Translations under genes and position numbers: made by a program
Notes under the pieces: generated by a model
What the model was told of the DNA's origin: nothing
The model's database searches: none
Seen by the model: the letters and a program-made list of their open reading frames with translations, nothing else
Source of the DNA: Zygophlyctis sp. KS116
Lineage: Eukaryota; Fungi; Chytridiomycota
Length of the DNA: 6,656 bases
Assembly: GCA_054661495.1 (NCBI GenBank)
Contig: BAAFSQ010000430.1
Location: 1 to 6,656 of the forward strand
Reading direction: 5' to 3'
Shown: piece after piece, positions 1-6,655 of the stretch
Layout: each line of letters begins with the position of its first letter
How positions within the stretch are numbered: the first letter of the stretch is position 1

Positions 1-862
1 AGTCATATACACCGCCTTGGAATATATGATTGGATTCCTAAAATGCATCAATTAGTTCTTTCCACATTTACATCACTCTCTATTGATATACCAACTTATC
101 TTTTCGCTGAAGATCCTAGGAACCCACCTCAAATTGTTACAAAAGCCCAATCTTTTAATGTTCTTGTGGGAATAATGCAAAGAGCCGGTTATTATCCTTT
201 TACTCAGGTAAAATTAAATTTTAGTTTATACTAGCTGGATACCAATGATCCTGAAAAAATAGCTCATAGCAAAAAGAATCCAGACAGTAATTAACTTTTT
301 CCTAATTTTTAGAAAGATTTTTAGAAGTTTGGCTTATTAATGTATTTGGTGATTTTTTCAAAATGGTTCAACCTGCTCTTCCACAATCATTTAATCACTA
401 TCCGATTGTATTTAATTTATATTTTAAAATTAGCCACAACTTTTCAATTTATTTACTGTAACTATTCCAAACTTGGCATTTGGATTAAAACTGCAGATTG
501 CATCTGTAAGACAAGTAAGTAAACTCACTGATTTACCAAAAAAAATGGTTGTTCATTTACAATGGGTTAATCAGTTGATGGGATGGATCAGCCCTTTTTT
601 AGTATTTTGCAAGGATACTTCTGTTTATCTATTTAATTACACAATTACACCCCCATTAATAATTTCGGGACCTCAACTTCGAAAGATTCAATATTTTCGG
701 AATGGAGTTTCTAATGCAATCACGTTAATTAGAAATCATATTACAATGTCTAATCATATTGTTGGACTAATGTCTTCTAGTTATCAAGGTAAATCAATGG
801 ATGGTGGAAAGCGCAGAGAGGTTATAGACAGAGAGTCTAGGTTGAGATCTAGATTGTCTTGA
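1..862 (+). CDS. 3' part of a hypothetical protein gene, join(<1..207,235..286,313..407,434..862)
   Basis: Frame 1 is open from base 1 (SHIHRLGIYDW...YPFTQ). Three GT..AG introns (208-234, 27 nt; 287-312, 26 nt; 408-433, 26 nt) join track ORFs 43..234 and 473..862 into one continuous frame ending at TGA 860-862 (...RESRLRSRLS*). No family recognised. Confidence 0.75.
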
Positions 863-920
863 AAAATAAAAAATAAAAATTTCAATTGAGTAGAACCTTG
901 GCCTGAGAGTCAACCTCAAA

Positions 921-2115
921 ATGGAATTGGCGATTTCATCTCGAGTCGGTAACAATCTTTTCTAACGATATCATAGACAAGGGATTATCTAAAGGTCCCA
1001 ATGTAGCACCTAGAGTCAGACCAAGAGTCAAAGCAGTGGAAGAGCCAAGGAAAAAGGCAAAAGTTGATGAGCCACTTCCAGTCGTTGAGGAAATTGTTCA
1101 AGAGGAACAACAACAAGAACCAAAAACTATCGATACATCAATTCAAATGGGAAATATTATAAAGGTTCCAGAGATGATCACTCCTCTGGTTGCTGCTGCT
1201 CCTACAGTCGATGAATGTCCAATTATAATGAAGGATTTGATCAAATCAAAGTTTCAAACTGGAAAACTCTCAAAGAGTGAAGTTGCTAGACGTCAATTAA
1301 AGGCAGAGAAGAAAAAGTCTATTGTCAAGGATGTTATCAAGGATGAAGTAAAGGTTGCAGAAAGTGTTGAAAGCTCTCCAGATGAATCATTACAGGCTCC
1401 TAGAGGTCCACAATTGAGACTTGTTAATGGTCAAATGGTAATTGATGAAAATTCTCTCACTGTTGCTACCGAAAAGGAAAAGGTGGATTTTCAGAGAATA
1501 GAAGAAGGTACGGCTCGGTATGTTTCTTCAGCTTCTTTTCGTTTGCGTCCAAGAACTGCTAGAGTGAAATGGACTCCAGAACTCACAGAACTCTTTTATG
1601 ATGGGCTATCATACTTTGGAACAGATTTTGGATTAACTGCATTGTTATTTCCGGGATTTTCAAGGAATGTTATAAAGTTGAAGTTTAATCATGAGGAAAG
1701 GACAAATAGCTCAAAAGTTAATGAAGCTTTAATGAATAGAAAAGTTCCAGGAGAAGATTTAAAAATGATTATGAAGTCTAATTTAACTTTGAATTTGGAA
1801 AAGGAAGAAGAATCTACTCAAGCAAAAAATTCTTCAACTCAAAAGAAATCAAAGACTGGAGTTCAAGACGATAAAGAAAACATTCAAGAGCAGGAAGAGA
1901 CAGTCCCTGAAAATGTTCAAGAAGCTATTAAAGAATCTCCAACAATTGTGGAGAAAGTATTTCAAGAAACTGCCCAAAGATCATTTAAGGACGCTATTGA
2001 TAATGTTCAATCAATTTCATCTAGTTTTTCAAAGACTAGTCAAGGACCCAAGATTGCACCCAGGGTGTCTAATCGTCCTGCAAGGAAACCCAAATCAGAT
2101 GCTACATGTGATTAG
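921..2115 (+). CDS. BDP1: Transcription factor TFIIIB B'' subunit (Bdp1), join(921..948,977..2115)
   Basis: Contains the Bdp1-type motif GPQLRLVNGQMVIDENSL followed by the SANT/Myb-like domain KWTPELTELFYDGLSYFGTDFGLTALLFPGFSRNVIKLKFNHEERTN. ATG at 921 (AAAATGG context) and a 28-nt intron 949-976 (GTAACA..CTAAC..TAG) give the in-frame N-terminus MELAISSRVDKGLSKGPNVAPRVRPR. The track start at 1036 is an internal GTG. Confidence 0.92.
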
Positions 2116-2260
2116 TTAATTTCAGTTTATATATTTTTAGGATTTTGAATAGAATACATTTGCTTATTTCTCAAACATTTACACTACATTTCTCTTACAT
2201 AAATATCGCCAGATCGCCAATTAATCTGACAAAAATTTAGGCAAAGTTATAAAGATCGTG

Positions 2261-3271
2261 TTACTGCCTGTTTTTGTAAGCCCCAAGTCTTTGCAATGCT
2301 TCATCATTTATCTGAAATGCCCATCCGTTTCCACGAACTTTTCTAATTTGTAAATATTTTTGGCATACAGTGATGTTGGAATTGGAAAAATCCATTCTTT
2401 CCATGTTTCACCCAAAACAGATCTAATATTCCCTTTCCAACCTAAATTATATACATTTCTTTCAAACTCTGTTCCAGCTCTTGCCACCAATAATCTCCCA
2501 GCCCCTTCCATATATTCAATCGTTGTTAGATTATTTAAGAGTAAATAAACATGCATCCCACCAAAAACCATCAAACTAAATGAAAAGGCACCTGAAACAA
2601 TTAATAGCATCAGCAATTCAAAGTTATTAATCACCATAAATGACTATAATCACGATCATAAATCTTTTAAAATACCTCTTCCAGAACCAAATGTAAAGCG
2701 ATGAAAAATATAAACAATGAGTAGCAGAATGCATAAAACAAGAATTGAAAAAAGTATTTATCTAAAACCTATGTTTAAAAGTCTTACAATTATCAAATCC
2801 CAAACAATTATTCATCCATGGACAATGATGGTCCATCTTCAAAATGCAACGAGAACAACTTGAACAATGATGAGTCCTATCTGGCTTTACAAAGTTACAT
2901 TTTGAACAAAACCGCGGCTAATACTTTAAAATCAGCAGTGCTTACTCTTCCATTCCTTTTAACTTGAAGAGAAATAAATTCCTGATTTAAGCCATTCTCC
3001 ATTTCATCTACCATCCCGTTTGGAGACCCGGGATGTGTCATTATAGTTTTATAATAGCAAGTCATCATAACCATAAATAAACCAATCGGCGCCAAAATCA
3101 TCCCTTTGAATCGCATCAGGGGAAGTATTGATCCAAGTATTCCGATCATTGACCATACTATTACATTCAGAATTTACTACTTTTACTCATAATTGCTACT
3201 AATATTACAATCGGACTCCAGTAAAATGCCTTTATCATCAACAAGAGCCCAGTTTTACAAGCTCTTTTCAT
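2261..3271 (-). CDS. DHHC-type protein S-palmitoyltransferase (Pfa3/ZDHHC2-15-20-like), complement(join(2261..2342,2369..2643,2676..2761,2788..2917,2946..3157,3187..3271)), 289 aa
   Basis: Spliced translation gives two N-terminal TM segments, THPGSP, the cysteine-rich domain [46 protein letters not shown], two more TM segments, TTIE, and [26 protein letters not shown]. Five GT..AG introns of 29, 28, 26, 32 and 26 nt; exons sum to 870 nt in frame. Confidence 0.93.
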
Positions 3272-3796
3272 AGACTGTATAATTTCACGTTCCGCACAGT
3301 TCGTAATCAATTTACGCCACTGCGGAAAGTATATTATAGTAGCGTTTCCATTAGATCTCCTCATGCTAAATGTTAACGTATAGTGCAATTATGAGCCTAG
3401 TGTCTCTAGAAAACATAAAAAACATAAAAAATCTAGAAAGAAATCTGTAGAAAAAGAAAATCTCAAAAATCTATTAATTACAGTAGAAGCATCGCTAGCA
3501 AATTTAACAATCGTTCTTGACAAGATACAAACCAGAAACAAGCTCAAGATTTCCTCGTGAAATATTTCTTCGTTACGATCAGTCTATCTAAAGACAAATC
3601 TCAAAGAAAATCTAATAAACGTCAACGAATAAAACACTTTCTTATCAAACTAGCACTGATTTCTCTTAAAAAATAACAATTCTATTGACACATTTCTTAA
3701 AATAACTGCATGCCAAGCCAACATCACAGTGTTCACCGTGTTGTTTTTCATTAAGCATGTTTTGGAACTCAATACACAATAATTTCTGAATGGTAC

Positions 3797-3804
3797 AAAG
3801 TGAA
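3797..3804 (+). repeat. 8-bp target-site duplication, left copy
   Basis: AAAGTGAA directly before the left TIR, identical to 5723-5730. Confidence 0.95.
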
Positions 3805-3817
3805 CAGGGCATATCAA
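3805..3817 (+). repeat. Left terminal inverted repeat of the hAT element
   Basis: CAGGGCATATCAA, the exact reverse complement of 5710-5722. Imperfect similarity extends to about 33 bp with 5 mismatches. Confidence 0.95.
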
Positions 3818-3863
3818 AATATTATTGCAGTAGAATTGCTCGGAATAATTATAGACAAATATA

Positions 3864-3961
3864 TTATTGCAATTATTTATTAACTTCCAATCAATTATTG
3901 CAATTATTTATTAACTTCCAATCAATTATTGCAATTATTTATTAACTTCCAATCAATTATT
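3864..3961 (+). repeat. Left subterminal tandem array, 31-bp unit x about 3.2
   Basis: TTATTGCAATTATTTATTAACTTCCAATCAA occurs exactly at 3864, 3895 and 3926, followed by a partial copy. Confidence 0.95.
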
Positions 3962-5546
3962 TCCCACACCCTTAACAACTTCAGCAACGGTCTGCACATT
4001 CCATAGTCCCTTGTTAACTCGTAAATACAGTATCATTTCCAACGTTTGTGGAAGCAACTTTCGCAAATCACTCCAAACCAAACCCGCTAATGAAAACAAA
4101 CGTTCGCACACGTTAGAAGTGGCAACTATTGCCTCTAAACCTTCATAGAAGCCTTTTATTATTTTATACGCTAATGTAGCCGTTGGCTTCTGTGGTGAAA
4201 TCTCAACAGCGCAACTTGGATTTACCTCCTTTTTAAACTTCCAAAGGACCTCTTGATTTAATTCGGTAATAGCCAAGGGGTTATCTAAGATGCTCCGAGC
4301 TGCAGTGATAAAGTCTAAATTTCGTCCATCGACGTAATCGTCAGTGCAAAATTTCTTGATAACATCAGTCCACTTTTTTTCATCCAATTCTTTCATTAAT
4401 TCATCGATAGCATTCTTAGCATCCAAAATATTTAAGTCTGCCGTTTGAAGATAAATTGTGCAATCATTTACAATCTTTAGCTTTTTGTAAATCTCATAGA
4501 GATTATCTCTTGTATCATCATTTGGAATCAATTCAAGAAATTCTCTTTGCACTTGCTTAGTTGAGAAGTTCTTGCTCACTTTCCCAATTTCTTTCACTGC
4601 CTCTTCAAAACTAACTGCCTCTCCATCACCTTCTCGAAAATATCGTTTGACCATATTAAAAGTAGAACTCCACCGAGTTGTATTTCTCTGAACCGGTGCA
4701 AGGTGGCATTTATGGCTCCTCATTAAGGCCCTCATCTTCGGACTCGAGAGCTTTACCTACCGTCAACCAATAATTATATTACCATCAATTTATGGATATC
4801 ATCCAAACATTCCAAATCAGCAGATGCTATATATAAATTCACTGCAAGTGCCAAACGGTGCGACATGCACCCTATGAAAGGGACGTTTAGGATTCTTGCA
4901 ATGCATGGATTTGTCTCCGTATTGTCTGAAACCATGAATGCAATGCATTCTAAAGATTTTCCATAAAATGATAATGTATCCTGAATAAATTCGCAGGTAG
5001 TTTGAGCATTTTGTGAAGTTTCGTCGCCCATGGGAGAGCAAGCTAGAAGATATTGCTGTAGTTTAGATATTGCTGTAGTTTACCTGTAGTTTATCAGTTG
5101 AAAGATCAACAAAGCTTGCATAAATTGCAACAAAATGAGTTCCACTTTCAGTCCAACCGTCAATTACAATACCGAATGTTTTAGGAAGAATCTTGGCCAT
5201 TTTCTGTTCTACTTTACGCAACAAAGCAACTATGTACTTTTTGAGTGTGTTTACAGAAATACTTCCTTGCCCATTTATTTTCAACAAACATAAAAGGCTG
5301 GTTGGCGAAAACTATACCCTCAATCCATCCGCAGATGCCAATATCTTTTTGATCAACTTGAACCGAAACACCCAAGGCGGCTATACGATTCTCTTTTTCA
5401 TTATTTTTTGCGGATTCGAGAATTTCATTTACGTTGTCATGGCCGATTGCATGCGTTTTTAGATTCGTGTATCCCGTTTTATCCTTGATTTCATCAAATA
5501 AATGAGTCTTGTAGTCCATAGGTAAGAATTCCGTCTTGGTAGTCAT
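3953..5546 (-). pseudogene. hAT transposase, about 513 codons, two introns (5056..5083, 4757..4782), one frameshift near 5255-5265
   Basis: Motifs in the expected order: partial BED-finger tail TGYTNLKTHAIGH, FGIVIDGWT (D1), MVSDN (D2), GCMSHRLALAV (CxxH), TRWSST, and ATSNVCERLFS..LEMILYLRVN (catalytic E and C-terminal hATC domain). The frame changes between WARKY and ISVNTLKKY and I found no GT..AG pair that repairs it. Confidence 0.9.
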
Positions 5547-5579
5547 TTCGAAATTTAAAAAAAAATTCAGCTCTAAAAA

Positions 5580-5665
5580 TCTAAAAAATCAATTATTGCA
5601 ATTCTCAAGCTCTAAAAAATCAATTATTGCAATTCTCAAGCTCTAAAAAATCAATTATTGCAATT
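5580..5665 (+). repeat. Right subterminal tandem array, 31-bp unit x about 2.8
   Basis: CTCTAAAAAATCAATTATTGCAATTCTCAAG at 5610-5640, with a near-complete copy at 5580-5609 and a partial copy at 5641-5665. Confidence 0.95.
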
Positions 5666-5709
5666 ATTTTATTGCAAAATATTGCAGATAATTGTATTGC
5701 AATACAATA

Positions 5710-5722
5710 TTGATATGCCCTG
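5710..5722 (-). repeat. Right terminal inverted repeat of the hAT element
   Basis: TTGATATGCCCTG, followed immediately by the TSD AAAGTGAA. Confidence 0.95.
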
Positions 5723-5730
5723 AAAGTGAA
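5723..5730 (+). repeat. 8-bp target-site duplication, right copy
   Basis: AAAGTGAA directly after the right TIR. Confidence 0.95.
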
Positions 5731-5738
5731 TTGTATTT

Positions 5739-6235
5739 TTAGTAACATATGCGGGGAACATTCGTACTATTCGGCTGTATACATATTTTCGAAATGCAAT
5801 CATCATTTGAAGAACAATAATAACCACCATATCCAAGACACTTATTTTCATGACATTTCAAATTCTTAGTATAATAGCTAGAACTTTCGCACTCAGCATG
5901 TCCTGATGTACAGTATTTACTTTTGCACTCTGAATCCACAGTACAATATCCTCCAAGTGGAACAGAATTGTCTACTGGAAAATAACACTTGTTTTCGTCC
6001 AGATTACAGTATTTGGAAGCGCAGTCAGAATTTTCGTGACATTCAGAGCCAAGTTTGGCCTTGCACTTCATACCAGTCTTGGTACCCACACACGTTAATC
6101 CATCCGCACAATAGCCCTGATAACATGCCTGATCTAAAGTTGGTGCCGTTGGTCCACCATCACCCCAACTACCACCTTGCCCGTAAACAACATTAAACAA
6201 TGCAACATTCCAACAGTCAAAATAGTAAATTTCAC
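5739..6235 (-). CDS. Small cysteine-rich, probably secreted protein (18 Cys); 5' end appears damaged, possible pseudogene
   Basis: ORF 5739..6200 has three G-x-x-C-x5-C-x-S-K-x-C repeats (GSECHENSDCASKYC, GGYCTVDSECKSKYC, GYYCSSNDDCISKIC). There is no in-frame ATG upstream of them. A signal-peptide-like leader (V)KFTILTVG/VALFNVVYG begins at GTG 6235 and is split by a 1-nt frameshift near 6207. Confidence 0.7.
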
Positions 6236-6430
6236 TTTAGTTTCTTAAACTTTTGTAAAAGATCTATAAATAGAACTATGGCTTATAGAATTGCGGCATG
6301 TGCGCCGTGCGTCCATTACGACAGAGTAGAGATTATATATTTTTAAAACATGCCCCATCCAAGATCAGCTACTTTTATATTATTTTAGAGTAAATAAATG
6401 CATTAGTTTGAAGATTATTATCATAGCCAT

Positions 6431-6655
6431 CTAGATAATCTTGTCTTCATCCAATTCAAAGTGTTCTTGTAGTGTCTTTTCGCCTGCAAGAAAGAGTGTA
6501 TTTTTCAATATTTGTTTAATGGCATCTTGTCTCAAAAGGTGAATGCTAAGCCGACTAAAGTCAAAAGGACTCTTCTTCGAGCCGCTAATTTCACCATTGG
6601 GGCGCAGACCAACATAACAAAGAAAAGATCCCCGGCCAATAAGTACAAAAAAGAC
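6431..6655 (-). CDS. Probable 3' end of a hypothetical protein gene running in from beyond the window
   Basis: 74 open codons from the window edge (VFFVLIGRGSFLCYVGLRPNGEISG...EHFELDEDKII*) to TAG at 6431-6433, with higher GC than the adjacent intergenic DNA. No family recognised. Confidence 0.5.
   Translation of the reverse strand, partial: VFFVLIGRGSFLCYVGLRPNGEISGSKKSPFDFSRLSIHLLRQDAIKQILKNTLFLAGEKTLQEHFELDEDKII

Larger units (their letters stand above)
3805..5722 (-). mobile_element. Full-length hAT-superfamily DNA transposon, 1918 bp
   Basis: Perfect 13-bp TIRs CAGGGCATATCAA (3805-3817) and TTGATATGCCCTG (5710-5722). Identical 8-bp target-site duplication AAAGTGAA at 3797-3804 and 5723-5730. 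Subterminal repeat arrays and an internal hAT transposase. Confidence 0.97.

Noticed and set aside
340-522. Track ORF 340..522 (+)
   Set aside because: Out-of-frame shadow overlapping exons and an intron of the first gene.
515-574. Possible 60-nt in-frame intron GTAAGT..TTAATCAG in the first gene
   Set aside because: The frame is open through it and it is twice the local intron size. It cannot be supported without RNA data.
1913-2548. Track ORFs 1913..2119 (+) and 2360..2548 (+)
   Set aside because: An alternate frame of BDP1 and an antisense frame of the DHHC gene, with no independent support.
3158-3210. DHHC intron 1 loosely resembles the upstream exon (AGTAGTAAATTCTGA versus AGTAGCAATTATGA), hinting at an old duplication-born intron
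   Set aside because: The similarity is short, gapped and AT-rich, and cannot be told from chance by eye.
3272-3388. N-terminal extension of the DHHC gene from the track start at 3388
   Set aside because: The extension looks like promoter or UTR sequence, and ATG 3271 gives a normal DHHC topology. An upstream in-frame ATG near 3364 cannot be fully excluded.
3864-3961. Repeat-spacer look of the 31-bp arrays (also 5580-5665) suggesting CRISPR
   Set aside because: The spacers are identical within each array, the context is eukaryotic, there are no cas genes, and the arrays sit just inside hAT TIRs.
4817-5462. Track ORFs 4817..5041 (-) and 5193..5462 (+)
   Set aside because: Alternate-frame and antisense shadows of the transposase.
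5669-6196. Track ORFs 5669..5851 (-) and 5906..6196 (+)
   Set aside because: Shadows of the Cys-rich gene; the first crosses the transposon boundary.
6231-6238. TTCACTTT, the reverse complement of the TSD, at the start of the Cys-rich gene
   Set aside because: An 8-mer match in AT-rich DNA with no adjacent TIR; likely chance.
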